Below, in pieces: positions 1-13,200 of a DNA stretch of 64,000 bases; the stretch's first letter is position 1, and each line of letters begins with the position of its first letter. Made by a program: the position numbers and the translations under genes. The stretch covers positions 1 through 64,000 of IMG/VR virus record IMGVR_UViG_3300027771_001853. One strand, written 5' to 3'. The notes under the pieces were generated by a model, which ran no database searches, was not told the DNA's origin, and saw only the letters and a program-made list of their open reading frames with translations.

Positions 1-755
1 ACAGGGGGGAGGGGCACCCCATATAGCCGCTAGGGGGCTAATATGGTTCTATAGGTGGGGGTATGTTGGATATGATAGCTCCCTCCCCTCCTTAATTATT
101 ATAGTACCCTACGTCTCATCCTATAGGATTATGTATAGTGTGCATTAGATTTTTTCTTTAAATAATATTATATCCCCCGGGACACCACGCTATCATGTAG
201 TGTAAGACCCGCCCTCCCACAACCTAAAGGTACAACTTTTATTTGACGTGGCCTAATTAAATGTGTGACAATGTGTCGTAGCAGTTATGGAACGTATAAA
301 TTGTTAGTAACTTTTTATAACTCAGCGTGTCTGACACATTGTCAGGGGGAAATTGTTAATAACTTCTAACAAATAGTGGTCTAAAAACTTGACATTGTCA
401 GAATGTCAGTCCATACAGCGGGAGCGGGACAATCCCTTTAAGGGCTTTTACAATTCTTTATCAGTAGTAAGTATCAGTCATTATGACAGAAAACTATCTA
501 CTGTGAATCAGTATAGGGGATTACAAAGTGGTAGGGTGTGGGAGTAAGTGGTAAATAGTGGAATATAGTATCCGATAAAGATAGTCTGTTATGGTACACG
601 TAGTATATAAGTATAGGGCACACGTTAAACCCCTATAGGATTAGTTATAAGCCGCAGTAAATCATATATAAAAGTTTGTAAATGGAAAGGGTAGGAAACC
701 CTCTCAACATAGAGTAGGTAACTCTAAAATGGATGGTTATATAGTGAGGTTTTAA
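1..755. other. Long non-coding region with G/C-rich tracts, palindromes and direct repeats (possible origin/terminus/control region)
   Basis: No ORF >=60 aa; TGACA-n-TGTCA palindromes at 331-345 and 390-400; 12-nt inverted repeat 266-277/333-344; AATTGTTARTAACTT twice (299-313, 351-365). Confidence 0.45.
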
Positions 756-944
756 TTAGGGTTTTGTAATAGAGTTTAAATAAGTCATTGCAGAAGAGAG
801 AGTAGAAAACTCTTTAATAGTCCATGTGAATAACCACCACTTAGCAACTACTCTGTACCCATTTATATCACCCTTTACTAGATAGTTCTTCTTAAACATC
901 TTTAATGATATTAACGTTCTGGCTAATTGACTTCCACTATACAT
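756..944 (-). CDS. Hypothetical protein
   Basis: ORF track; co-oriented with neighbours; start uncertain. Confidence 0.5.
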   Translation of the reverse strand: MYSGSQLARTLISLKMFKKNYLVKGDINGYRVVAKWWLFTWTIKEFSTLSSAMTYLNSITKP

Positions 945-1158
945 CTTCTATGTTGTTTTGGTGAGGATAATAATCCTTTATGTTATAGGGTCCTTTAATA
1001 ATAAGGTTATCATCTATAGGTTCTTTAACATCTGATAGATGTTGACATATGGAACATTCTGCTAGGGTGACTTCATCCTTTAGTTCTATACCTTCTTCAT
1101 GACCACACTCCTTACAAGGTAGTATATTCACTATACGTATATCATTATGGTTATCCAT
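937..1158 (-). CDS. Small zinc-ribbon protein
   Basis: CKEC...CSIC motifs. Confidence 0.6.
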   Translation of the reverse strand: MDNHNDIRIVNILPCKECGHEEGIELKDEVTLAECSICQHLSDVKEPIDDNLIIKGPYNIKDYYPHQNNIEDV

Positions 1159-1255
1159 TATTCTTTAGTGTTGAAGTGTGCCCATACCATCATTATTATC
1201 ATTAGGAATATCCCTGTGAATAACATCATGTCTACTATTGTGCTTATTGATTCTA

Positions 1256-1663
1256 CTACCCCTGGTTCTTCCATTCTTTCCAGTAATCGAAGTCTTTAAG
1301 TTTCTCTAGGAAACTTCTCTCCACCGTTACGGTAGTGCTATCTTCTTGTTTGTTTACTTGCATATGATTGTATGCAATGATTTCTTCTTGTGTAGGGTAG
1401 TTAGATTCTTTTTCTGGTGTCATGGTAGTTATGTTCTCCATGTCATCCATTATGATATCTTCCTTCCCTATCTTTCCTTTCATCTCTAAATCCATAATTC
1501 TTTTATCGTTAATCTTTTTTTCTTCATCACTTAGTTTAGTTATGAACGAATCCTCACTCTTATAGTATGGATTGTCTGCACCATACTTATTAGAGTTCTC
1601 TTCACCTGCTTCAGTAAAGTATCTTTCTTTGTTCCAGTTGTCACTATTATTCTCTCCCATCAC
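1256..1663 (-). CDS. Hypothetical acidic protein
   Basis: 135-aa ORF in a tightly packed run. Confidence 0.6.
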   Translation of the reverse strand: MMGENNSDNWNKERYFTEAGEENSNKYGADNPYYKSEDSFITKLSDEEKKINDKRIMDLEMKGKIGKEDIIMDDMENITTMTPEKESNYPTQEEIIAYNHMQVNKQEDSTTVTVERSFLEKLKDFDYWKEWKNQG

Positions 1664-1731
1664 TAAATCCTGTTTTAAATCCGTACCACATTAATATTAT
1701 TAGTAAGCATATCATTATTGCTCCCACCATA

Positions 1732-1959
1732 CTACCTTATCCCTAGTCTTCTAACTTGTTCTGTAATGTCAGTCATTAGGTTTTTGATTCTGTCTACCTT
1801 CATCTGGTTATCTCTATCGTATTGTACAGTACTGTCGTTATCCACGTAAGAACTTTGTTCTTCTATAGGTGTTTGTTGTATTGCTGATAGTTGATTCTCT
1901 AGTCTTACGTATTCTCTCATTAACCAGTCGTACTTTCTTGCTTTTTCTTCTCCTCTCAT
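1732..1959 (-). CDS. Hypothetical coiled-coil protein
   Basis: Start moved to MRGEEK (1959) to avoid overlap with the upstream ORF. Confidence 0.6.
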   Translation of the reverse strand: MRGEEKARKYDWLMREYVRLENQLSAIQQTPIEEQSSYVDNDSTVQYDRDNQMKVDRIKNLMTDITEQVRRLGIR

Positions 1960-1960
1960 A

Positions 1961-2188
1961 TTATGTTGTTTTAATACTTTGTTTAGGTTTATAGTACTTC
2001 TTCTTCTTTTTTCTTTTATAAGTAGTCTCCTCCTTCTTCTCATTCATAGATTTGAAGGTAGTACTCATTAGTTCTAGGTTTGTTACTCTTATACCCATCT
2101 TTTTCATTCCTTTGTTATTAGAATATAGGTTATATAAAGTAATCGTTGCTACTATTACTACTATAAGTAATATTGTTGTTTCTATCAT
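1961..2188 (-). CDS. Small membrane protein
   Basis: N-terminal hydrophobic helix, basic tail. Confidence 0.6.
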   Translation of the reverse strand: MIETTILLIVVIVATITLYNLYSNNKGMKKMGIRVTNLELMSTTFKSMNEKKEETTYKRKKKKKYYKPKQSIKTT

Positions 2189-2373
2189 TTTTCTTTGTTT
2201 TTTATTTTATTTATTGAGATTAGTATTTCTTCCCATAATATTATTGTTAATACCACTAACATGATTGGACAGAAGACTATTAACGTTATTATAGTTTCGA
2301 AGAACCCTAACATTAGTATTCCTGTTATTACTACTGCTTTATTTGTTAAAAACCTCTTCATTAACCTCATCAT
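2185..2373 (-). CDS. Small membrane protein
   Basis: Hydrophobic core; ATGA overlap with next gene. Confidence 0.55.
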   Translation of the reverse strand: MMRLMKRFLTNKAVVITGILMLGFFETIITLIVFCPIMLVVLTIILWEEILISINKIKNKEK

Positions 2374-2392
2374 TAACCATCTTAAACCTAAG

Positions 2393-2620
2393 TTAGTCTC
2401 TTATTATGTTCTGCCTTCTTATTTCTCGTTTTCTTTTTATTCTCATTCTGAACTCCTTAGCGTCCTCTTCACTCATTGTTATTCTTTCATCACACTCATT
2501 ACAGAACTTAACTGTTAGAACTGTATCTGAAACATAGTCCGTACAATAGTTTACTTGTTTATCACATTTTGAACAGTATGTTGTTTTATCGTCTTTCATT
2601 TTAAAAATCTTCGTAGTCAT
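2393..2620 (-). CDS. Small zinc-finger protein
   Basis: CSKC...CNEC. Confidence 0.6.
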   Translation of the reverse strand: MTTKIFKMKDDKTTYCSKCDKQVNYCTDYVSDTVLTVKFCNECDERITMSEEDAKEFRMRIKRKREIRRQNIIRD

Positions 2621-2711
2621 CTGGGACTTGTTTAATGATATGATTTTTTACAAACTTAGTCCACCATACCTTTAATTTATTATATATTCCCCTCATATTA
2701 TTTTATTATGT

Positions 2712-2787
2712 ATGACCGGGGTTTCGTAATTCGACCCGAACCTCGTAAGAGTGAAGGGAAGGGTCGAGTTATGTGAACCATGGTCAT
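2712..2787 (+). ncRNA. Putative structured RNA (long hairpin, GNRA-capped)
   Basis: ATGACC/GGTCAT, GGTTT/GAACC and TAATTCGACCC/GGGTCGAGTTA stems; CTC-GTAA-GAG hairpin; G-U pairs favour the + strand. Confidence 0.45.
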
Positions 2788-2877
2788 TCCCATAAATGAA
2801 TAGTAATAAAACCTGAGTAGAAAGATAGTCTATTTGGGGATTACCGTAAAAATAAAACCTCCACACTACGTGTGATA

Positions 2878-4254
2878 TTAGACTTTTCTATCGTTTCTAT
2901 CCTTAATATTTCGTTTGGAGTAGAACTTGTTGTAGAGTTTCCGAGCTTGGTTGGCTCTCTTATTACGTTTCCTTGGGTTGTTGGATGATGATGGTCTCTC
3001 GAAATTAACCATGAAGGATATAGCAGCGTTTTCTGGGGTGTCAGTATCTAATAGTTTCCTATATGCTTTGTTCTCCTTGTTTTGTAGTTCGTACCACAGA
3101 TATTCTAATTGAGCTGTTGGGTCGGTCACAGTTAACTTCTTATCTCGGGCAAATTGATTTAATCTTAATAGTCTAGATTTATGCCATTGTGCTAACCCCA
3201 TAGATGTCCCACCGTCACCTATAACTCCTGTCTGCCAAGTACCGGCAGACTCCGTTTTAATGTTACCGGCAATACCGGCGGCTTGTGGTGATGTTAAACC
3301 CTTTCCTACAAAGAACTCTATAATTGTATTAGGGTTAACCTTAACTGAACCAGGGTAAAATTTACCACTTAAAGGTAGTACAAAATTAGCGTTTGGGTCT
3401 ACAAGTCCTTGATTCTCAGCGTTTTTAACAGCAGTAGGGTCATTTTCCTGTGGTTTCTTATTCACATTAACTTTATCCTTCATGGCCTTTAACATTTCAG
3501 TTGTGATTACCTCACCAGTATCCGATGGGAAATAATCTCTTTGGAACGCGTTAACCGCTGCTAGTGTTTCAGGACCATATTTACCATCTATACCGAACTC
3601 AGGTAAAATATAATTTCGGGCAATTAAGTCTGTCTGCATTTCTTCTACTTGGCCCTCCATTTCTGTAGGTCCGGAACCACCAGTACATTTACTACCACAC
3701 CCATCCCATAATATAATGGTCCCTTCGTCTCTTTTTACATCTGGTTCATCAACCACACTAGAACTTTCTATATGATGTTCAGGGTCCACCCATTTATTCT
3801 TATACTTTAATCCGAAATGTAAGTGAGCACCTAATGAATTACCAGAACCAGTTTTACCTCTATCACCACCTGTAACACCTATAAGTTGCCCTTTAGTGAC
3901 TTTTTCATTCTTATTAACTTTGATTTGACTCATATGACAATAAGAACTTTTATAACCATTATTATGTTTAATAATTATCATACCACCACAAGCACCACTA
4001 TCTCTATTAATTTTACTAACAGTACCATCTGCTATAGCGAATGCTTGGGTGTAGTCCGCTTTATAATCTGTACCATTATGTGCTCTACATTTTTGACCAC
4101 TTAGACATCGTTTAGGGGAAAACTTACTATTAACACTAAGGCCACCCTTTAATGGAGCACCTAAAACCGCTTCAGATAAAACCTTGATTTTCTTGGGTTT
4201 AAGACTTTCTATTAGAATTTCTAATTGCTCACTACTGATTATTACATTTCCCAT
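2878..4254 (-). CDS. Multidomain peptidoglycan hydrolase: M23 peptidase + PG-binding + phage tail lysozyme-like domain
   Basis: HNGTD and HLHF M23 motifs; GIDGKYGPETLAAVNAFQ PG-binding motif; AAGIAGNIKTES...GLAQW...FERP lysozyme motifs. Confidence 0.85.
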   Translation of the reverse strand: MGNVIISSEQLEILIESLKPKKIKVLSEAVLGAPLKGGLSVNSKFSPKRCLSGQKCRAHNGTDYKADYTQAFAIADGTVSKINRDSGACGGMIIIKHNNGYKSSYCHMSQIKVNKNEKVTKGQLIGVTGGDRGKTGSGNSLGAHLHFGLKYKNKWVDPEHHIESSSVVDEPDVKRDEGTIILWDGCGSKCTGGSGPTEMEGQVEEMQTDLIARNYILPEFGIDGKYGPETLAAVNAFQRDYFPSDTGEVITTEMLKAMKDKVNVNKKPQENDPTAVKNAENQGLVDPNANFVLPLSGKFYPGSVKVNPNTIIEFFVGKGLTSPQAAGIAGNIKTESAGTWQTGVIGDGGTSMGLAQWHKSRLLRLNQFARDKKLTVTDPTAQLEYLWYELQNKENKAYRKLLDTDTPENAAISFMVNFERPSSSNNPRKRNKRANQARKLYNKFYSKRNIKDRNDRKV

Positions 4255-4257
4255 ATA

Positions 4258-7200
4258 TTATAAGTATTCAAGTCCGTACCTTCCCACCCCTTGGTACCAC
4301 TTATCCGGTGGTATCATCTCCTTTAATTCTGAATTATCAGCATTTACGTAAGTTTCTAAATCATCCGTCTTGATTCTTCTATTTACGGTCCATTGTTTTA
4401 CAGAACTGTCCGTTTCTACTTCAGTAAACTTAGGGTCTGGACGGTCTACATCATCATCTTCCTTACCAACTGGTTCGTCACTTATTTGCATAGAAATTTT
4501 AATCAGTGTATCATCAGTTTTACCATCATAATCCATAATATTTATCTGGTTTTTCCCCACTTTATCCACAAAAAACACATTACCTCCAGATAAAACGTCC
4601 TCCAATCCAAAATCGGGTTCCCTCGCCTGTCCGTTTCTACGCTTAAACCCTAACCTTTTAAGAATCTCCATAAACTTTATATTGTTATTTTTTCCCCTTC
4701 TTAGTGAATCCTCATCTTCTAATTCATGAAGTAACCAATTATTCATTAATGTGTTAATTTCTTCACCCACATCATCTTCATAACCATAACCATCATAATA
4801 AATGTCAGATAGATTACTCTCAATTTCATTCCAAGGTTCCTTTAACATCTCTGAGAAGTTAGTGACCCCAAACATTTTAATAATCCATAATAGTTGGAGC
4901 CAACTAAGTTTTACAATTGTTTTATCCATATAAAAATCATCCTCAAATAAAAGTTCATCTGAAATGTGTTTGGACATCTCACTTGCTCTATGAGCCCCTA
5001 TACCATACCCTAATGCACTTATTATATCATTTAACACTTCAGTGACATCACCACCACCTATACGTTTCATTGGGTCTAGGATATCACCTTCGCCAGCATC
5101 CCTACTATTTTGTTGTATATATTCCTCATTTCCAGTTAACTCCATTACTTTATTCCAGTTAGCCAACGTATCTTTACTCCAATGTACAGCCGTATAATCA
5201 ACTTCAGTTTCTTCAACATCTTCATAGGGATGGTCGTACGTATTAGTGTCCCTACCAACCTCATAGAAATATAAATCATCGTCCGTTAACAATAACACGT
5301 CCTCCACATACCTATTCTTATCCATACGTATTTCCACACCATTATCCGTTATGTGTATTTGGTCCAATGAAGAAGAATACCCGTATGGGTTGGGTTCGTT
5401 ATCATATGATATAGTGGTGTCTTCACCCGTAAAATCTTCTAATGTATCATAGATATCCTCTTGGTTAGTTACACCTCTTTTTTCCTCATTCACCATAATA
5501 CCGTAGATTGATTTAAGAAAAGTGTCATTGGAAGATTTGTCACTATTTGATGTGGTATTGTTGGTACTGTTCATAAAGCCCTTTATATCCTCACTAGTCC
5601 TTATCATGTTAAATTTAATTTTCTCCCTCTCATCAAATTCTACATTAAAAAACTTGGCTAGTTCTGGTTTATCACTTAGATACCTTTTAAACTCTACCTT
5701 CTCTAAATACTTTAGACTATTCCCCAGCTTTTCGTAGAACGAATAAAAAGGTTTATCACGTAGAAACGGCACTTTTCCCTGATGGTGCATAATGTGAGTC
5801 TTTCTTCTATACCCCTCCTGTTCTTCTGTAATATATATTGTCCCTGTATTTAACAATTTTTTAATAAAATGGTCACCCAATCCTCCACAAACCGACTCAG
5901 AAATTAACGAACAAAAAGATTCTTTATTTAATGGTACCACAACTTTAACTTTACCATTATCGAACATAGTCCTAACCTTAATATTCTTATTTTCGATTTG
6001 TTCATTTAATTGTGGTTCCTTAAAAGTCATCCTACTATTCACCCAATCAGTTAAAATGTTAACCATTAAATCAGCTTCTTCTTGTGGTACTCCACGTTCT
6101 ACCATACCAGGAATTGTTTGGTATAGGACTTCTATCGGCACAAACCCTTCATGGTCGTAAGAATACAATTGCATCTTACCACCATCATAATCTAATTCAC
6201 CTTCTGGGTGTGGATATATACCAAAACTATTATCCAGTGCATCAAATAGTTGTGTGGTTAAGTCTATATTTTTTTTATCTTCTGGTTTGTCATACTGTTC
6301 TTGTAATTGTGAGTATATTTCAGGAAATAACTTACCATAGCTCTTAACCAACCTTCCCGCTAAACTATTAGCTTCATCTTCTATGGGTCCACCTATTTCT
6401 GGATGTGGTTTATCTATTAACCCATCTTCTTTTTGTTTATGGTGGACTAACTCATGAGCAATACTTCTTAATATATCAGCTAATTGTCTTTGGTACCCTC
6501 TAACCTTAACTATTTCTTTTTTATTATTATAGTAACCTGTAGTATATTCGGATGTTGGTTCTACCTCTACTTTAATTGGTGGTGAATTTTTAATCCCTAA
6601 TTCATTCTTAACAAAATCCACAAAATCATTATATCGTGCTTCACTATAAGGGTGGGTGGTATCTATAATATCTATTTGGGATTCACTTAATTCTAATTCC
6701 TCTTGTGTTTGGTATACGTAATCATAAAGTTCATCACCTAATAATTTCCCAAATGCTGAATCACTAGGGTAGTGAACTTTTGCCATGTTACGACTGTACG
6801 CGATATCCTCACCTATTTGTTTAAGTTCATTACCATACTCAGGGTATAAATCTGATAGGTACCTACCTATGAATCTACCTTGAGTAGCGTGACCAGAAGG
6901 GTATGACGGTGTAGAAGCACTCTGTAATGTTTCACTATCTAACGTTAACCCTTTTGCGTTTGCTATTTGCCATGGTCTTGGTCGATTATAGTGGTATTTT
7001 AATTTAAGAACTATAGCTCTCACTCCATTCATTACCTCCTTTATTTCATTAGTTGGGTACTCTAATTGTTTAGAGTTTAGGAAAATTTTAAAGTGTTTGT
7101 CCACATTATCAGCACTCTCAACCAACTCACTATCCACTTTTATGGTATCTAAATAATCTAGTTCTTCCTCAGTCGTATCTGATTCATTTTGTGGTGGTGG

Positions 7201-10200
7201 AATGTTTTTAAAATTATTTATAGGGAACCCGTTTAAACTACCTAAATCCTTACCCATTCTTCTTTTATGTTTATCTTTAGGTTCGTCCCTGAATACTAAA
7301 TCGTTAAGTGATTCATTTAATTCTCCTCTTAAAAATCCTTTTCTTAGTATCCATTGGTCCGCACGGCCAGACTGGGGAAAGGTTTGTGGGGAACTATCTT
7401 TAGGAAAAATATACAGTGGTTTCGCACGTCCTCCACCTGCTAACATAGCACCTGTACGTTGTTCGTCGGTTATGCCCAGAGGTTCAATTTGGTAATAAGG
7501 GTTATCGTAATCAGGACGGTTATCTCTTCTGTTGGGGTCGGAAGCGTTATGATTATACTTAATCCCTACAACCACATAAGGTTTATATAATTCTGGTGCC
7601 CCGAAATCATGAATCCCTTCAGTAGAGACTACTATTATCTCATCACCAACCATTAAATCTGGATTTAAGTTAGATTCTTTATGTTCAGTAATAGCTTGTG
7701 GTGGTTCAGCATAAATCCATGTATCACCTTGGTATAAACGTTTAGGTGAACTATGAATGTTATAACCAGGTTTAAGTGGTTCTGCAGGTTCTAAATAATA
7801 ATATCTTCGGTAGTCTACGTGGAGTTCATTTGTATAGTGGCTATCAGCTATTTCAATTACTCTATAAACACCAAATCTTTCTGGTATACTTTCATCTCTG
7901 CCAATACTCCTATCTTCAACATCAATTACCCTTATAATGTCATCTACTTCTAACTCAGGATTTAATTTAGTTTCTTTATGTTCTTTGATGGTTTTACCCA
8001 CTTTAATCCATGTATCTTCTTGGTACATTCTTTTTATATGCCTCAGGTAGTCACACTTCATCAGCTCTTCACAGTTAACATCTAGTGGTACTAAATCATA
8101 TGTATCAGTACCATCACCATTTCCAGACCATTTTTCATTCATCACCTCCTCTACTTTATACTTTCCCCATTTGTCCGGCATCCATTCAGATGCCATACCA
8201 ATATCAATTACTCTTATAACATCACCTACCTCTAACTTAGGATTTAACTCTGGTTGATTATGTTCACTAAGTGTTAATCTATCCACACCGTTAGCTCTTG
8301 GGGTATTGGTGAGAATCCATTCGTATATCCAAGGGTATAATAGTTTTTCATAACCCTCATAATCTCCGTACCCACTGTCCAAACTTTCTTCATATTCATC
8401 TAATTTGTCTTCTGGAACTAATGTATACCTCCACCTCCACTTTGATTTATGTCCGTTAGATTCTTTATCTACAACAGTATATGGTGTATATTTTGCTGGT
8501 CTCATCTGTTCACTAGGGACATTATATGTTGTTGTGCCATTTTCCCTCTCTCTATCTACATCCACTATGAGTATAGTATCACCATATGTTAATTCAGGAC
8601 TTAACCCTGGTTGTTCGTCGGTTTGTTCGTCCATGTTTCTTCTATTGCCATCATAATATTTGCTTGATTCATTCCCAAGTCCTTCGTCGAATTTACCTGG
8701 TTCACTAAACACAATATGGTCTAAAGTTAAATCCACTGGTAGACCTATTAACACAGAACGTAAATCTTCTTCAATCTCTTCGTATACGTAATTAAGTTGC
8801 TCTTCATATCCATCTTCTCCTAATTCACTTATCTCCCATAAAGATATATCTTGGACGGTACCATCTGGAAAACTTACTGGTAATTCTGTATCCCCATTAA
8901 CTACCACATTCACACTTACATCACCGTTATTGTAGTTGAATATATCACTTACAATATATTCGTATTGCCATTGGTCTTGTAACCCTTCTAATCTATCTTT
9001 TACAATGTTACTTAATTCTTCGTCCCCATAATACTCTTTTAGGTTATCCCAAACCACAGACCTCTCCTCTAAGTTACCCATATTAATCCCCAATAACTTT
9101 AACTTATTCTTGTCTAGTGTTGGCCCCATCTTTCTCCAGAAGTTGAATAGTAGGTCTTGTGTTTTTTTAGGGTCGTTTTGTATAATTTTAGATATTTCCT
9201 CTTCATTTAGTGATGAACCTAATTCATTTAATTCATCATTACTTACTTGACTCAGTCTACCTTCATCGATACCGTACAATTTGAAATAATCATTAAAAAG
9301 TGTCTCGTTTATTTTAAATCTTAAAGCACTTCTATCTAATTCTGACGTTAACCACGCTATTTCACCATTATAAGTGTACTCTGGACTATCCCCTGCATCA
9401 GCAATATCTGTCCAAACTAAATCATAGTCAATTACTGTTATATTTTTCTTCCATAAACTTTTAGAGAATTCCCTCTCATATATGTAAGGGTTAACAATTG
9501 TGAATGTTATCTCCGTTCTAACAATATGTTCCCTACCTAATGTATTCCAGGTTGACCTGTCCATACCACTATCGACGTGTTTAAGACTACCCACATCTAA
9601 CATAACTGGTATTACGTGTGTTGTCCCATCCACAAAACTTGCAAGTCTTTTATGTTTGACCTCCTTACCGGAGAGTTGTGACTCTTGGTTTATAATCTTT
9701 TCTTTCCAATCTTGATTGTGATATGTACGAAACCTTCTAGACTCTTTTAACTCTTTTTCTTCTACCCCTTGTTTAATAGGTAAAGGTGGGTCCAATAAAA
9801 ACTTTTGGTTAAGGTAGTTTCTTAATAGGTTTTCTACGAACCAATCTGGAACTGGTCTACTATCTGGTTCATTCGATGCAACATCCGAGACATATCGGGC
9901 AAATTTAAGTTTATATTTATCCCTAATCATTTGTAAAAGACCATCAGAAATGAAGAATACTTTACCTAATGGGTCATCACCAATAGCGACATCTGGAATA
10001 TAATCTCCTTCTGCAATATCCATCGCCTTTAGTACAACTTTACCCCACCAGGATTTATAACCTTTAGTATCTTTAAGTGCTGGTGTGATTATCTTATTAA
10101 TTGCTCTAGTCGCGGTAACACCAACAGCCGCTAATAATATTTGTGGTATAAAAAATGGTACAATTCTCCAAATAGTTTTAAATAACCCTCTTCCCATATC

Positions 10201-13200
10201 ACCAGTAATTCGTTTCCTAGTTGCCTCCTCAACTAGTTCTCGTAACTGACCAAACGTTATAGGTCCTTGTGCTGAACAAAACCCTTTTACCTTACAAATA
10301 TTATCTGTTACTTCACTGGAAGGTGCTACATACCCTTTAATAGCGTCTGTTTTACCACCAGTATAAACATATTCTGATTCTGGATTGTTACGTTCTACGT
10401 CATCTTCAACATCACTAACTATTTTTTCCCATTCACTATCTTCACCCTCAAAGTCTTCAGGGTCACTTGGTTCTAACATTCCTTGACCAAACACATCCGA
10501 ATCTTCTTTCAAGATGGCAATTTTTTTCGTATTATCTATCTCCAATTCATGGTCGTCAGTATCACCCCACTCATAGGGTTCCATATCAACATCATAATCA
10601 TACCAATGGTTTTGGGCTGTATCTGTTGCATCCTGACTATTATAAGCATTTATTTCTATGGTCCCAGATTCCCATGTTTTTTGCCAATAAGAATTGGTTG
10701 CTTGTACTTCGTATTTTAATGGGTAAGTTTTAATAGCTGTACCAACTTCACTATAATCACAAGGAACATCCTCCGCAGCATAACACCCTTCATTCCAATT
10801 ATCTATTGCCCATTTAGCGAATCTTGTTGAACTAGCGTAGTAACCTCCATCATATTGAGTAGGTATACCAAAAAGTTTTATATTTTTAATCCACTCATCA
10901 TCTGGTATTTCCAAATTAGAAATAATATAATTCAATTTATCTTTAGTAAAAATTTTAGTGATGAAATTTAAAATTTTAACTTCGTTGTTGGTTAGTGGTT
11001 CGTATATAGAATAATCTTCAGACTCTTTATCATCCCCTTCATTATCTGGTGTAAGCCAATCACCTGTGTTAGCCTCTGTTAGTATCATAGGTTTTTCGTC
11101 CAACCATTTATCTATTCTTTCCATCAGTTTTAGAAACTCAACACCAGTTACTTCTGTGTCATAGCTTTCATAATCACCATAATCGGTAACCTCAGTCTCT
11201 CCTCCCCAATCCCAAAACTCATCATTTCCTTTATCTGTTGCGTCATTTTCGTCATACGCTAAAAGAGTGACCTCACCTCTTTTGTATTCTACTTGGGAAC
11301 CACTTTCATCCCTTGTAACTGTATACCATTTTAGTGGGGTTCTAATTGGTGCACTTATATCTTTATAGTCCCCGTCTTCTGTAGCTTTATCCCAGTTATC
11401 TAGTGCAAGTTTAGCGAACTGTGAATGTTTTGCGTTATCATCAAAATTATTTGCCTTAGTTATACCAAATAATTTTAAGTATTTAAAATATTTGTTTGCC
11501 GAACCATAATTATGTGGTGTTTCAGTGGTTAAATCTTGTAGTTCAGTTCTAGTAAAATTTCTGTAAAGCATTTTTAAAATACTAAGTTCAAAATTTGTAA
11601 AAGGGTGGGTTTCTGAATTGATTTGGTTTATTAGCTCCTCATCATGATGTTTATCGGCTGACCAATCCTCCTGTTCAACAATAGAATGACCACTTGCACC
11701 AGGTAACTTTTCGTGTTGGGATTGGGTTAATTTTTGTTCATCTGACAAGTCTGGTTCGTAAGTTAATTCAGTCAACCTATCACTTAGTGTTTCATTTATG
11801 TCATAGTCTGGCTGCCAATATCCGTCATACCATCGTGTATCTACTTGTAAACATTCACCTCTTTTTCCCTCACAATACTCACCCATCATAAATTCTTCTT
11901 CAACTAACATACCAAATAGTGCTGTTGCGTTGATTTCGTGGCTATGCATGTCGTTTATCATGATACTTTCTATGGTTTCTCCAATATAATCTGTGTGGTA
12001 TTCAAACACATCTTCAGTATTATCCCATTTATCATTTATCCAATCTCTAAGGTCACTATTAATAGTCCAGCTTATTCTACCGTTGTCATCTCGGTTTATT
12101 TTACCGTATTCCTGAAAATGTTCTGCTAATTTATCTTCAATATCATTACCCATCGCATTTAATGTAGCGTATGTTGATTCGTCATTGTTTGCCCACAATA
12201 TGTAGTGTTGGATATCGTCTATTTCTCCTTCGTATTTTTCTATTAGTTCTTCTTCCTCTTCGTTTTGTGGTTGTTCAGATAGTATGTGTTCTGCAACTTC
12301 CTGAGATACACCACCAAAAATACTACTAATAGTTTTCCAATTACTTTCATCAATTTGGTCTGTCATGTAAGTGTCCCACTCAAAATTAAACCAATCTTCC
12401 GTTTCGTTAAATTCGTCATCACCACATAAGTATTGTTTAATATACTCATCTTTTCCAATCTCTATCTCAAATAGATTTGATAGGTCATCACAATTAAGAG
12501 TATAAGATACTGGAATAGGGGTTTGACTAAATTGGATGTATCTTTTTAATAACATTGACATTAGTAAGTCTATACCCTCTGTTAAACCAAGCAGTTTTAA
12601 CACACCAACATCTACCCCTCTCTTATCCCATTGTCTAAAAATCACTTCAACCATATTGTCTGGTAGGGAATCCTCAACATGTTTAATTTCATCATCATCT
12701 AAATGACCTACAGGGTATTTAAATTCTCCTGTTGGCCACATTTTTATTTGCTTACTGTCTTGTTCCAACATTCTTTCACCTTCCCCATTAAATCTTTCCT
12801 TCTTTACACCTACTAAGCTTTTAAGAAAAATCCCTAGGTAATATACAGTATCACCTTCGTTTTCTTCTTCAAATTCTACAACTTCCCCCTGTTTATTATC
12901 AGGAAAGTGTTCCCAAATTTGTGCTTCATCTTCGTCTGTGTAGTCATCCGTTTGTTCATCAAATATAAGAAAATTACCATCTGTCCCCTCATCTAACATC
13001 ATCAATATATCATCATAATCGTGCGTAGTCGACATGTCAACATCAGGTATACATAAAACCTCAACATGATTATATGGGTAAAAATAAACCTCAGTAGTTA
13101 GAGTATAGTACTCAACACACTCACAATCATCGTCTTGGATGTTTAGATTTATCTCATTTTCATCACACTCAACCTCCACGATAGACCCATCAGGTCTTAC

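Noticed and set aside
1732-2043. Track start (MRRRRR...) for this ORF
   Set aside because: It overlaps the upstream gene by ~80 nt; the ATG at 1959 directly follows the upstream stop
2712-2787. SRP RNA, tRNA or hammerhead identity for the hairpin
   Set aside because: It lacks the CAGG/AGCA SRP loop, a cloverleaf with T-loop, and the CUGAnGA/GAAA core
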